A stretch of 64,000 nt of DNA from Chloroflexota bacterium (GTDB lineage Bacteria; Chloroflexota; Anaerolineae; Aggregatilineales; UBA3940): contig JAADYX010000080.1 in the NCBI GenBank assembly GCA_010092885.1, positions 12,111-76,110 of the forward strand. The letters run 5' to 3'. How positions within the stretch are numbered: position 1 is the first letter of the stretch; each line of letters begins with the position of its first letter. A program made the translations under genes and the position numbers. The notes beneath the pieces were generated by a model that was not told the origin of the DNA, searched no databases, and worked only from the letters and a program-made list of their open reading frames with translations. Positions 46,420 through 55,767 of the stretch are shown here, one piece after another.

Positions 46420-46435
46420 ATGAGACAATACCTCC

Positions 46436-47689
46436 ATGATCAATCGCTACCTCACGTTGCTGCGCGCACGTCCCGGCTATCGTAATCTGTGGTTGGCCTA
46501 TGCCGTCAGCCTGTTCGGTGACTGGTTTAATACTATCGCCGTGTTGACTATCGTCAACCGTTACACCGAGGCCGAACAGGCTGTCAGCCTGCTGCTGATC
46601 GCGCGCTTCCTGCCGCCCTTTGTCATAGGCCCGGTCGCAGGTGTGATCGCCGATCGCTTCGACCGGCGGTTGGTGCTCTTCGCGACGAATGTGCTGCGTG
46701 CCTTCATTGTGCTGGGCATCCTGTTTGTCAACAGCCCGGAGCGAGTCTGGCTGCTATATGTGCTCAGCATTGCGCAGTTTGTGGTCTCTGCGTTCTTTGA
46801 ACCCGCACAGGCTGCGATCCTGCCCGATTTGGTGGAGCCGGGTGAAGTTGTACCCGCCAACACGCTCATCAACGCGACATGGTCCGCGATGCTGGCCTTG
46901 GGCGCGGCGGCAGGGGGTGTGTTTGCGGCGGTGTTCGGCACCAACACAGCCCTCGTGATCGATGCGGTGACGTTCGGGGGAGCTGCCTTACTCGTGATCC
47001 TCATTCAGCGCGATTCCCGCCCGCAGCCAACGGACGTATCTACTCAAGCAAGTGGTTGGCAGGATTTTGTGGATGGGTTGGCCTATCTGGCCGCACGGCC
47101 TCGCATCGCCATGATCGCCGCAGTGAAGGCCCTGTCGCAGATCGGCAGTGTGGATATCATGGTGGCGGTTTATGCTGAGCAGATCTTCCGGCTGGGTGAC
47201 GATGGGGCGCTGTCACTGGGGTTGATGCTCGGAGCAGTGGGGACTGGTGCGGTGCTCGGCCCATTGATTGCCGATGCACTGGGCGAGTCGACTGTGCGCA
47301 AACTCCAGATCGCCATCGCGGTTGGTTTTGTGCTGCTCCCAATCGGGTGGTTAGGGTTTGGCCTGGCGCCGAACCTTCCGCTGGCGATGGTGGCGCTGGT
47401 ACTGCGTGGCGCGGGCGGCTCGCTCAATTGGACCTACAGCAGTGCCCTCTTGCAGATCAACGTGCCTGGCCGCTACTTGGGACGTGTGTTCTCGATTGAC
47501 TTTGGGATATTCACACTCGTGCTGTCATTCTCAACGTGGCTGACGGGCTACATCCTTGATGTATCAGAGCTTGCGCCAAGGGGCCTTGTCGTGCTGCTGG
47601 CGGTGGCGAGTATACCCTCGCTGCTGGTGTGGCTCGGCTTTCTCTCCCACCAAGCACGCCGCCCGGAGCCCGCAGCCGGTGACCGCTGA
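46436..47689 (+). CDS. MFS transporter (EntS/MFS_3-like)
   Basis: Twelve hydrophobic helices, and the loop 2-3 motif GVIADRFDRR. Confidence 0.85.
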   Translation: MINRYLTLLRARPGYRNLWLAYAVSLFGDWFNTIAVLTIVNRYTEAEQAVSLLLIARFLPPFVIGPVAGVIADRFDRRLVLFATNVLRAFIVLGILFVNSPERVWLLYVLSIAQFVVSAFFEPAQAAILPDLVEPGEVVPANTLINATWSAMLALGAAAGGVFAAVFGTNTALVIDAVTFGGAALLVILIQRDSRPQPTDVSTQASGWQDFVDGLAYLAARPRIAMIAAVKALSQIGSVDIMVAVYAEQIFRLGDDGALSLGLMLGAVGTGAVLGPLIADALGESTVRKLQIAIAVGFVLLPIGWLGFGLAPNLPLAMVALVLRGAGGSLNWTYSSALLQINVPGRYLGRVFSIDFGIFTLVLSFSTWLTGYILDVSELAPRGLVVLLAVASIPSLLVWLGFLSHQARRPEPAAGDR

Positions 47690-47696
47690 AACGAAC

Positions 47697-47725
47697 GGCC
47701 CCACAGCCGGACTGGCTGCGGGGCC
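47697..47725. terminator. Hairpin between convergent MFS and msrA genes
   Basis: 12-bp GC-rich stem GGCCCCACAGCC / GGCTGCGGGGCC with one mismatch and a 5-nt loop. Confidence 0.6.
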
Positions 47726-47733
47726 ATGACGAG

Positions 47734-48270
47734 CTACGCCTTCAGGCGCTCCATATACTTCTTGCGGAACTTGGCAACCTTCGGCGCAATGACAACCTGA
47801 CAGTATCCGGCGAACGGGTTGCGGGCGAAGTACTCCTGATGATAATCCTCCGCCTGGTAGAACGTCTCAATGGGCGTGACCTCGGTCACAATCGGGTTGG
47901 ACCACAGCCCCTTTTCATCGTATTCCTTGATCGTCTCTTCAGCGACGCGCTTCTGCTCCTCGCTGTGGTAGAAGATGGCAGAGCGATACTGCGGCCCGAC
48001 ATCGGCTCCCTGCCGGTTCAGCGTGGTCGGATCGTGGATTGTGAAGAACACATCCAACAGATCGCGGAAGCTGACCACATCCGGGTCGAAGGTCACCTGC
48101 ACGACTTCGGCGTGTCCGGTTGTTTTGTTGCAGACCTGCTCGTAGGTCGGGTTGGGGACGTGACCGCCCGTGTAGCCGGACACAACGTCCGTGACGCCCT
48201 TCAGCTGGTCATAAACGGCTTCCAAGCACCAAAAGCACCCGCCGCCGAGTGTTGCGACTTCCTCAGCCAT
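47734..48270 (-). CDS. msrA: Peptide-methionine (S)-S-oxide reductase
   Basis: GGGCFWC active-site motif and full-length MsrA similarity. Confidence 0.95.
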   Translation of the reverse strand: MAEEVATLGGGCFWCLEAVYDQLKGVTDVVSGYTGGHVPNPTYEQVCNKTTGHAEVVQVTFDPDVVSFRDLLDVFFTIHDPTTLNRQGADVGPQYRSAIFYHSEEQKRVAEETIKEYDEKGLWSNPIVTEVTPIETFYQAEDYHQEYFARNPFAGYCQVVIAPKVAKFRKKYMERLKA

Positions 48271-48383
48271 AGTTCCTCCAATAGTGTTCTGTGCTGCTGT
48301 AAGTATACATGTGAAGCATAAGAAAGACGGGCAGAGCGCCGCCTTTCTTACCGGATCCTGATAGTGGGCTGCCCCCTGCGCAA

Positions 48384-49043
48384 TTACCCGCTGAGAGTCG
48401 CTGTGGCGAAAATCACGCGGAACGGCACGCAGTAGATCACCACGCTTTGCACATTCTCTACGTCGAAGTCCGCCGGGAGTTCATAGTTTTGCGCGCCGAC
48501 ATTGCCCTTGAGTTGGCCGAGATCTGCAGAGGGCTCAGCGTGCACGGCACTGCTGCTGCCCGGTGCCGGGTCGCCGGATAGGAACACGTGCAGATCCGGT
48601 CCGTTGGTGACCTCAAAGTTCTCAAGGCGCAGGATGTGCGATCCATCGGCCAGGCGGTAAATGGTCGCGGTGCCTGTGCCCTCATAAAAATCGCTCGCGC
48701 CGGTTACCTCACCGCTCAATACAGCGACAGGATCGCCGGGCATGGGGTCGTCAGCGGGGCGGTCGGGCATATTGGCCGCTTCTTCTTGAACGGCGGCTTC
48801 GGCTGCTGCCCGTTCCTCGTCACTCATCTGCTCGATCTCGTCCATGCTTGGGGAGATCAGGTCGCCGTCCTCATTAATGACAACGTCACCCGGGAAGGCT
48901 TCGTCCACTGTACGGTTGAGAAAGAGCGGGGATGCCAACCACCAGGCGACCCCAATGGCTACAACAGCTGCAGCCGCGCCGCCAAGGATAAACAAGCCTC
49001 GTTTGTTCTGCATGATAAGTTCTCCATGTGTGGGTCTGTTCAC
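48384..49043 (-). CDS. DM13 domain-containing secreted/anchored protein
   Basis: N-terminal TM/signal. The C-terminal ...[35 protein letters not shown]...VVIYC fits the DM13 pattern. Start may be ATG 49013. Confidence 0.75.
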   Translation of the reverse strand: MNRPTHGELIMQNKRGLFILGGAAAAVVAIGVAWWLASPLFLNRTVDEAFPGDVVINEDGDLISPSMDEIEQMSDEERAAAEAAVQEEAANMPDRPADDPMPGDPVAVLSGEVTGASDFYEGTGTATIYRLADGSHILRLENFEVTNGPDLHVFLSGDPAPGSSSAVHAEPSADLGQLKGNVGAQNYELPADFDVENVQSVVIYCVPFRVIFATATLSG

Positions 49044-49086
49044 AGTGGAGACGGAGTATACCCGCCATGTCTTTCTGGTACGCTGG

Positions 49087-50043
49087 TCACTCTTCCAGTA
49101 TCACGCCCAGATGGTTGCCCACGGGGCGCATGCTGCCGATCAGCCCGGCATCAACGGGAGTATTGAGCGTTCGGCAGCCTCTTTCACTGCTTTCATCAGC
49201 GACAGCCAGCGTGGTCGAGCCGCCGCCATCAAGGTTGATAGCATACTCAGCGCCCAGTTCAACGAAGAGCGCCGCCAGCTCAGGCAGGGTCATGCCAGCG
49301 CTGTAGCCAGGCTGGCGTCCGTCGATGACGACCAGCAGCAGTGTCTCACCAGCAATACCGGCCGCCGTACGCGGGTCCAACTCATCCTGGCGGTCGGTGC
49401 GCGGTTCGCCATCCTCCACGATCAAAGGGCCGGAAACAGCATTGTACAGATCGCCCTGCTGCGGGTGTGCACTGAAGGTCACCTGATTGTCGCGCGTGAT
49501 GTTGAGCATGCCTTTGTCATCCAGGCCCGCGTATCGGGTCCCTTCCGATGCATTGATACCCGTCATACGGACTGGATCGCCGGTCTGCGGGTAGCTGAAG
49601 TATGGTCCGCGAGCGGTAAACGGCTGGAAGGTATCGGCATTGATCGCCAGGAATGCGCCATGTTCCACGATGAAGTCGCATGTCGTTTCGGCGTAAACAT
49701 GATACTCGCCGGTTAGCTCCGGCGGTGTGACCAGAAAATCCACCTGAGCGGTGGTCAGGTCTATGGACACAATATGGATCACCAGCGGGCGCGGATCGTC
49801 TCTGATCTCGCGGCGGTAGGTGATCCCATCTTCAAGGGTTTGGGTCAGAGGTGGGGGTGAAGGCCGTACTCGTGAGGCGATGCTCGCGGTGGTGCCACCG
49901 ACCAACAGCAGGCCGATGACGAGGTCAGCGCCAGCGGCCAGCAGCAGGCCTGTCCGTCGTATATTAAACCACAGCACAAATGAAATGGGCGCTGAGAGGA
50001 TGAGGATCAGGCCGATGGTGAACAGAAGCACGGAAAGGCTCAT
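49087..50043 (-). CDS. Phosphodiester glycosidase family protein (DUF2233/NAGPA-like), membrane anchored
   Basis: Two N-terminal TM helices. The C-terminal GMTLPELAALFVELGAEYAINLDGGGSTTL is typical of the family. Confidence 0.7.
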   Translation of the reverse strand: MSLSVLLFTIGLILILSAPISFVLWFNIRRTGLLLAAGADLVIGLLLVGGTTASIASRVRPSPPPLTQTLEDGITYRREIRDDPRPLVIHIVSIDLTTAQVDFLVTPPELTGEYHVYAETTCDFIVEHGAFLAINADTFQPFTARGPYFSYPQTGDPVRMTGINASEGTRYAGLDDKGMLNITRDNQVTFSAHPQQGDLYNAVSGPLIVEDGEPRTDRQDELDPRTAAGIAGETLLLVVIDGRQPGYSAGMTLPELAALFVELGAEYAINLDGGGSTTLAVADESSERGCRTLNTPVDAGLIGSMRPVGNHLGVILEE

Positions 50044-50105
50044 CTAGCGTCTTTCTCCCACAATGGTTAACCGGCGTAGATGATAGTCGATCGCACGCGG
50101 AGTGG

Positions 50106-50147
50106 GAAAAAGTCGGGGTGGCTGCCCGGGGATTTAGCAACCACCCC
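50106..50147 (-). terminator. Intrinsic terminator inside the 320-bp spacer
   Basis: Stem GGGGTGGCTGC / GCAACCACCCC (one mismatch). On the minus strand it is followed by GACTTTTTCCC. Confidence 0.5.
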
Positions 50148-50364
50148 TTAGTGAGGAAAGGATCAGAGTGCTGCAGGAGGACAATCACGCTTAACTAAGC
50201 ACTCGTACCTGAGGTTGTAGTGTATTGCACTACTAATCTGTACCCTCAGTCTAGATCGCTGTTACGCGATTGTCATCTGTCGTTTGTCACATGCATAAGG
50301 ATCTTTGTCACTGGCAGGCGCGGCGCTGTTGGTCAACAATAAGCAGGTTGCTGCCGGGATACAG

Positions 50365-51603
50365 TCACTTCCGCCCGTTGAGATTCTCGTTGTAGATCAG
50401 ATCCTCGGCGTATTCAGTAAGCACCTGGATACGCTCGTCGTCCAGATCGTTCTTGCGCAGGTACATATCCAGCAGCTCAACAGCCGACAACCCCTCAACA
50501 TTTTCCACGCCAAGCCGCGCCCGCACGGGATGTTCAATATCCCGCTGGATGGCCGCGATGTAAGCGCACCCTTCCAGGGCATTGGTGATGTCGCGGTCGG
50601 TGAGTTTGGGTTCGACCTCCGGCGTGGCTTTGATGATCACCCGCACCACCGAGTCACGCACATCGTACCGGCGGATCTGGTTGAGGATCTCCGACATCGG
50701 GTCCGTGTGGCCGCGCACATCAGCGCGGATCGTCACAAAGGGACGGGCAGCGACTTCGATGAATTCATAGTTAGTTGCGCCCCGTTCGATCTCAACCCAG
50801 CAGAATCCCTTAGGGTCTTTTTCCTCGCCGAAGTCAATGCGCTCGATGCTGCCGCTGTACACCACCGGCGGATAGGCCGCTGCGTTCATATCCTGATGGT
50901 AATGGATGTGGCCCAGCGCCACATAGTCCCAGGCCGGGTCGGCCACAGTGCTGGTGAGTACGGCCACATCACGACCTAACATCACACCGCGCTCACTGCT
51001 CAGTTTGGCCCCCTGTACTGTAAAGTGACCGGTCAAGATGGCGGGGATATCTGGATACTGTTGAACCTGTTGGGCCAGGTCGTTGATGATCACGCCGACC
51101 TGTTCACGCAGCAGTTCATCCAGGGTGTTAAGGTTCATGCCGCGCGTGTTGATATCGGCCAGCAGCCGCTGTCGCACTGGGTAGGGCATGGTGCCCACCT
51201 GGACAGGGCCTGCCTTCGTTTCAATCCAGAACACGCGCGGTTGGCTGCCGACGTAGACGTTATCCACACCGAGTGTTTCAAAGATCTCAACGGTAGAAGC
51301 TTTGCCCGTCATGGTGGGGATATCATGATTGCCAACCAACAGCACGACCGGGCATTGATCGGCTAACCGTCGAATGCGCCGCGCGAACTCACGCTGAAAG
51401 GTTGGATTAGGGCTGCGCGTTTTGAATGCATCGCCAGCGAAGATGGCAAGGTCGGCGTCGTTCTCCTCAGCGAAGGCGATGATCTCGTTCAGCCGCCGCA
51501 GTAAGTCCATCACACGGCTGCTGATGCCAGTGCGTGAGTCGACACGCCCGTAGTTCTCCATGCCGATATGTACATCGGCGAAGTGCAGCAGTTTGATACT
51601 CAC
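50365..51603 (-). CDS. SbcD/Mre11-family metallophosphoesterase nuclease (YhaO-like), no adjacent SbcC
   Basis: All calcineurin-like nuclease motifs are present: FADVHIG, AGDAF, VGNHD, LTGHFTV, LGHIHYHQ. The GTG start at 51603 overlaps the upstream stop (GTGA). Confidence 0.85.
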   Translation of the reverse strand: MSIKLLHFADVHIGMENYGRVDSRTGISSRVMDLLRRLNEIIAFAEENDADLAIFAGDAFKTRSPNPTFQREFARRIRRLADQCPVVLLVGNHDIPTMTGKASTVEIFETLGVDNVYVGSQPRVFWIETKAGPVQVGTMPYPVRQRLLADINTRGMNLNTLDELLREQVGVIINDLAQQVQQYPDIPAILTGHFTVQGAKLSSERGVMLGRDVAVLTSTVADPAWDYVALGHIHYHQDMNAAAYPPVVYSGSIERIDFGEEKDPKGFCWVEIERGATNYEFIEVAARPFVTIRADVRGHTDPMSEILNQIRRYDVRDSVVRVIIKATPEVEPKLTDRDITNALEGCAYIAAIQRDIEHPVRARLGVENVEGLSAVELLDMYLRKNDLDDERIQVLTEYAEDLIYNENLNGRK

Positions 51604-52349
51604 AGCTCATCCTGTAGCCTGCTAAGTATGTGGTCCAACCGAACCCTGACCAGTGCGCTTTCCTCTTCGGGCAGGTAGCGCTTGCTTATCGCCAAAGTAT
51701 ACACTATGGGTTCTGGCGTTGTGAGGGCAGGGTCATCGAGCCGGGCCAACATCGTCCGGATCTCGTGCTCTGCCTCCTCGAACTCCAGTGTAGTGCCGGG
51801 GGACTCGTACATCGCGCCCGTCTCATGCGTGATGCGCCACTCATAGCGGGCTGCAGCGCCTATCTTGAACTGGCTGCGTTGGGCCGGGTGTTCGATAATG
51901 ACTGCCCTACCGTAGGGCGTTGGTGCCGTGAACTCATAGCCGTCAATGGACCAATCGAAAGCGAAGGCCTGCCAATTCTCATCCAGAAGGGGACCAACGT
52001 GGGCATCCGCTGCATTGTGCAGCCAGTTACGCAGATTCTCAAGACGCAGACGGTGTGCAGGCTGGAGTGTTTCCGGCAGTGTTTGCAGACACAGATCCAC
52101 GGCAGCAGCAAGACTTTTGGTGAGTGCTGCCGCGCCCGAAGGAAAGCGCTTCAAGCCGACTTCGGCGTAGACCGCTGCCTCTTCAAACGTCCGGAAGCCA
52201 TCGGTGAATTGGTCAAGGGTGGTTCCTTCCGAGTCCTCAATATGCGGGATGTAGGCTGTCATCCCTGTATCATCCTGCCGGGCGAGCACGACGCCGCGCC
52301 CATCTTCAATCCGAAATTCGTGTCCCTCAGCGGTTGGCTGCCAGTTCAT
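51600..52349 (-). CDS. Hypothetical protein with internal domain duplication
   Basis: Residues about 2-66 and about 132-202 share G[HY]EF...GR[GA]V...GTTL[DE]...FEEA. Translationally coupled to the nuclease gene. Confidence 0.65.
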   Translation of the reverse strand: MNWQPTAEGHEFRIEDGRGVVLARQDDTGMTAYIPHIEDSEGTTLDQFTDGFRTFEEAAVYAEVGLKRFPSGAAALTKSLAAAVDLCLQTLPETLQPAHRLRLENLRNWLHNAADAHVGPLLDENWQAFAFDWSIDGYEFTAPTPYGRAVIIEHPAQRSQFKIGAAARYEWRITHETGAMYESPGTTLEFEEAEHEIRTMLARLDDPALTTPEPIVYTLAISKRYLPEEESALVRVRLDHILSRLQDEL

Positions 52350-52397
52350 AGTATCCTGTGCTCTGATTGATGTGTACAGCAGATAGTTGAAATGGCG

Positions 52398-52922
52398 TCA
52401 GACGGGGCGTGTGTCATCGCCTGAGCCGCTGTGCCATTTGCGCGATTTGCCGATCACAAAGTCCACATCATCCTCGCCGGTTGGCGGTCGGAGCGCATCC
52501 GCTTCCTGTTGGGAAGGCGACGGCTCATGGTGGCCTTCCGACAGGGCATCGTTGATCTCTTCAAGCAGGATTTTCATGTCAACCGGCTTTTTCATGTAGC
52601 GTGTGGCTCCGGCTTCGTACCCCTGCCGTACAGATGCAGGTGAGGCCAGCGCGGACAGAATGAGGACAGGCAGATCGCGTGTTGAGTCCCGCCCACGCAG
52701 CAGCTTGAGGATGACCAGGCCATCCATATCGGGCAGCATCAGGTCGAGAATGATGATCTCCGGTTGAAAGGATTCGACCCGCTGTAGACCCAGCATACCG
52801 TTAAGCGCACCCATCGTCTCAAAGTTGTGAAAGTTCAAATACTGCGTGAGCATCTCAAGCGTTGTGGGTTCGTCCTCAATAATGAGTACACGACGCTTGG
52901 GGTCGTCTGTGGACTTGCTCAT
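52398..52922 (-). CDS. Stand-alone response-regulator receiver protein with acidic/Pro-rich tail
   Basis: RVLIIEDEP...IILDLMLPDMDG...KP receiver motifs. No DNA-binding domain. Start is ATG 52922 or upstream GTG 52940. Confidence 0.85.
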   Translation of the reverse strand: MSKSTDDPKRRVLIIEDEPTTLEMLTQYLNFHNFETMGALNGMLGLQRVESFQPEIIILDLMLPDMDGLVILKLLRGRDSTRDLPVLILSALASPASVRQGYEAGATRYMKKPVDMKILLEEINDALSEGHHEPSPSQQEADALRPPTGEDDVDFVIGKSRKWHSGSGDDTRPV

Positions 52923-53026
52923 ATTTACCCCTAACCCCACTATGTGTGTGTGGTGGCCTGATTGTAGCCCCCTCTTTGATCATAGATCCAATCTGGCCAA
53001 ATGTGTATTACAGCTGCCTGCCAATC

Positions 53027-54196
53027 TCAAGCGGAGGCCGGCCCCACGGCTTTGCTGTAGACTCGGTAGGTCTTATGCACTCTGGCCCCCATCATAGCGA
53101 GAGGGCGGTTCATCATATCATTGTCGGCCAGAATCCAACTCATTTCAATGTGACGGTAGCCACGTGGCAGACCGCGTTTCATCATTTCAAAGTAGATCAT
53201 AGCATCCAGGCCAGTGCCGCGATACTCCTCCAGCAGGCCCAACCCCCATACACGCACACCGTCAATCTGTCGCCGGACCTTCCAATGCCACAAAAAGCGC
53301 AGCAGTTGCAGCCAGTGCGGTTCGCCGGGTTTGCAGTTCGCCAGGCGCATGGGCTTGTAGATATCCGGAATCGGAATGCCAAACCCTACCATGCGTCCTT
53401 CATGCCGGATGATGATCACAATATTCGGGTCTAGCAGCGGAGTCAGTTCTTCGGCCAGATGAGCGATCTCGGTTGGGTTCATCGGCACAAAGCCCCAGTT
53501 GTCTCCCCAGGCCGCGTTATAGACCTCGGTTGCCGCCGCCAGCTCACGGTCGACATGGCGCATTTGGAGTGATTCGACTGTCCAACTGCGGCGCGCTTTG
53601 ATCTTGCCGACCACCCGTTCGATCTTCTCAGGGATCTTGTCTGCGGCGCGCCCCCCCCAATTGTCACCGTCGATATACCACGCCCAGAGATCCTGGTGCT
53701 TCTCGAAGCCATGCGCCTCGATGAACCCCTGATAGTATGGACGGGCATGCGGCATTAACGGCATTTGCATCCGGTCGAAGCCGTCAACCAGCAGGCCGAC
53801 CTCACTGTTGGTGCTGAAAGTAACTGGGCCCAGGATATCATCGCTCCCCTGTTCGGCATGGAACGCCTCAACGGCGTCCAAAAGTGCCTGCCCCACCTGT
53901 GGATCGTCTACCAGTTCAAACTGGCCAAACCACCCGGCATTCTGGTTGTGGAAGTCGTTGTAGGCATGGTTCACGTGCGCGATGACAGTCCCAACCGGTT
54001 TGTCGCCATCCCATGCTACAAACTTCTCTATCGTCATGTGCCTGAGTTCAGGATTGTGCTCCGGATCGAAGAACTCGACATGCGTTTTCCACAGTGGGGG
54101 AGTCCAGATAGGATCGTCAGCATATACCGTCCAGGGCATTCGTAAGAAGGCCTGGTTTTCCGCCTCAGTGCGGACGGGTCGTACGTTGATTGCCAT
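53027..54196 (-). CDS. Large GNAT-fold (acyl-CoA N-acyltransferase-like) protein
   Basis: The N-terminal FLRMPWTVYADDPIWTPPLW...FFDPEHNPEL pattern resembles roughly 390-aa proteins I recall being annotated as N-acetyltransferases. C-terminal YRGTGLDAM. Family assignment is tentative. Confidence 0.5.
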   Translation of the reverse strand: MAINVRPVRTEAENQAFLRMPWTVYADDPIWTPPLWKTHVEFFDPEHNPELRHMTIEKFVAWDGDKPVGTVIAHVNHAYNDFHNQNAGWFGQFELVDDPQVGQALLDAVEAFHAEQGSDDILGPVTFSTNSEVGLLVDGFDRMQMPLMPHARPYYQGFIEAHGFEKHQDLWAWYIDGDNWGGRAADKIPEKIERVVGKIKARRSWTVESLQMRHVDRELAAATEVYNAAWGDNWGFVPMNPTEIAHLAEELTPLLDPNIVIIIRHEGRMVGFGIPIPDIYKPMRLANCKPGEPHWLQLLRFLWHWKVRRQIDGVRVWGLGLLEEYRGTGLDAMIYFEMMKRGLPRGYRHIEMSWILADNDMMNRPLAMMGARVHKTYRVYSKAVGPASA

Positions 54197-54350
54197 GGGT
54201 GCTTTCTCCTGGGAAGATGGTCCCATCTTAGCAGGTCAGATCAGTATTGCCAATGATTGACGTGGTGCACCTTTTTTATGTTCTATGTCGACCGAACGGT
54301 TTAATACGTTGTAAAATTTAGAATGCACAGAAAGAATAAAAAAGACCCAC

Positions 54351-54379
54351 TTGACTTTTATTTGCAGCGTTTGTACAAT
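54351..54379 (+). promoter_or_regulatory. Sigma-70-like promoter (TTGACT-17 nt-TACAAT) for the SufR-like regulator
   Basis: -35 at 54351-54356 and -10 at 54374-54379, in an AT-rich divergent spacer. Confidence 0.6.
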
Positions 54380-54402
54380 GCACTCAAATAAGTACGGTGG
54401 TC

Positions 54403-55065
54403 ATGGTGAACCCTATGCAGAAAACAAGGCAAAAGATATTAGAGTATCTTCACGAACACGGCGAAGCGACCGTCAACGAGCTGAGCAAAGCACTTGATGG
54501 TCTGACTGCTGTGACCGTGCGGCATCATCTGGATGTGCTGCGTAGTGAAGGTTTGATCGCACAGCCTGTCCCTCGTCACCGCAGTACGCCGGGCCGCCCA
54601 CGCTACGTCTATTCACTGACTGAAAAAGGTGACAGCCTGTTCCCTGGTAACGTCAAGACATTGGCAGACCACATGTTTGGGGAAGTCGTGGGAAGCCTGC
54701 AAGGCGACCAGATCAATGTGATCTTTGACGGTATCGCGGACCGGATGGCCGATGAACTGGAAGTGAACCCACACGCCAGCCCGCAGGACAGGCTTGATCT
54801 GGTCGTGCGCCATCTGACTGAGCAGGGGTACGAAGCAAAGTGGGAGGCCACGGCAGAAGGCTATCTGCTGCACACGTTCAACTGCCCATACGAGCAGATT
54901 GCCACGCATCATGAGGAGATGTGCAGCCTCGATATGCGCTATATCAGCCGTTTATTGGGCACGGTGCCCCGCAGACTGGGCAAGAATCTGATTGAGGGCG
55001 GCAGCGCTTGTTCGTACCTGATAAGCTATTCGGAGCAGCCTTACGCGAATGGCTTTCGTCGGTGA
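54403..55065 (+). CDS. ArsR/DeoR-type wHTH regulator, SufR-like (C-terminal Cys ligands)
   Basis: N-terminal RQKILEYLHEHGEATVNELSKAL wHTH. C-terminal C-x12-C...C arrangement (FNCPYEQIATHHEEMC...GGSAC). Located next to an A-type Fe-S carrier gene. Start is ambiguous (54397, 54403 or 54415). Confidence 0.6.
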   Translation: MVNPMQKTRQKILEYLHEHGEATVNELSKALDGLTAVTVRHHLDVLRSEGLIAQPVPRHRSTPGRPRYVYSLTEKGDSLFPGNVKTLADHMFGEVVGSLQGDQINVIFDGIADRMADELEVNPHASPQDRLDLVVRHLTEQGYEAKWEATAEGYLLHTFNCPYEQIATHHEEMCSLDMRYISRLLGTVPRRLGKNLIEGGSACSYLISYSEQPYANGFRR

Positions 55066-55083
55066 GCGTTGGGCATTCCATAA

Positions 55084-55121
55084 ACAAGACGATTGTCTTG
55101 TAAATTAAAGCATGCTATACT
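55084..55121 (+). promoter_or_regulatory. Perfect inverted repeat ACAAGAC-N4-GTCTTGT overlapping a TTGTCT-17 nt-TATACT promoter upstream of the Fe-S carrier gene
   Basis: The repeat spans 55084-55101, the -35 is at 55093-55098 and the -10 at 55116-55121. No T-run follows, so an operator is more likely than a terminator. Confidence 0.45.
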
Positions 55122-55260
55122 AGTGTCTGACCTTCAAGGTCACACATGAGATGCCGTTGACAAGAAGCCCGTGGTCAAACCAACAATGCGGCCACACCTC
55201 TTGAGCAAAAGCACATGTGGCCGGACACTAGACCCAATTAGACGAGGGAGACAGACAAAA

Positions 55261-55668
55261 ATGGCCGACATTGTCCAGAACGATATCATCACGGTAACCC
55301 CGCTGGCGCTCACCAAGGTGCGCAGCCTCATGGAGGAAAAGCAGCTTGAAGGCTATGGTCTGCGCGTGTTCGTCGCAGGTGGCGGCTGCTCGGGCTTCCA
55401 GTATGGTATGGCTTTCGAGAACAACATTCAGGAAAGCGACACCGTGCTCACACAGGATGGCGTCAAGGTGATTGTTGACCCGGTGAGCTACGAGTACATC
55501 ATCGGCGCTACCATTGACTTCGTTGACAATCTGATGGGTGGCGGCTTCCGCATTGACAATCCGAACGCGGTTTCCACCTGCGGCTGCGGCTCTTCCTTCC
55601 GCACGAAGGACGGCAAAGGTGCTCCGGAAGAGGCTGCTGGTGGCTGCGGAACCTGCAGCACACACTGA
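55261..55668 (+). CDS. A-type iron-sulfur cluster carrier (HesB/IscA/SufA/ErpA family) with Cys-containing C-terminal extension
   Basis: GGGCSGFQY and CGCGSSF conserved cysteines. The ATG at 55261 (MADIVQNDI) is the sensible start. An extra tail RTKDGKGAPEEAAGGCGTCSTH follows. Confidence 0.9.
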   Translation: MADIVQNDIITVTPLALTKVRSLMEEKQLEGYGLRVFVAGGGCSGFQYGMAFENNIQESDTVLTQDGVKVIVDPVSYEYIIGATIDFVDNLMGGGFRIDNPNAVSTCGCGSSFRTKDGKGAPEEAAGGCGTCSTH

Positions 55669-55690
55669 CCGAATCGCGCTAGGAAATCCC

Positions 55691-55726
55691 AAGAGCGGCC
55701 CAGACTGGTCGCTCTTTCCCCTTTTT
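55691..55726 (+). terminator. Intrinsic terminator after the Fe-S carrier gene
   Basis: Stem AAGAGCGGCC / GGTCGCTCTT (one mismatch) followed by TCCCCTTTTT. Confidence 0.65.
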
Positions 55727-55767
55727 ACCGATGTGACAAAACTCCTCGATTTTTGTGAGCAATGTCA

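Noticed and set aside
48328-48362. Possible hairpin between the DM13 gene and msrA
   Set aside because: The stem is imperfect (several mismatches) with no clear U-run. I was not confident enough to call a terminator.
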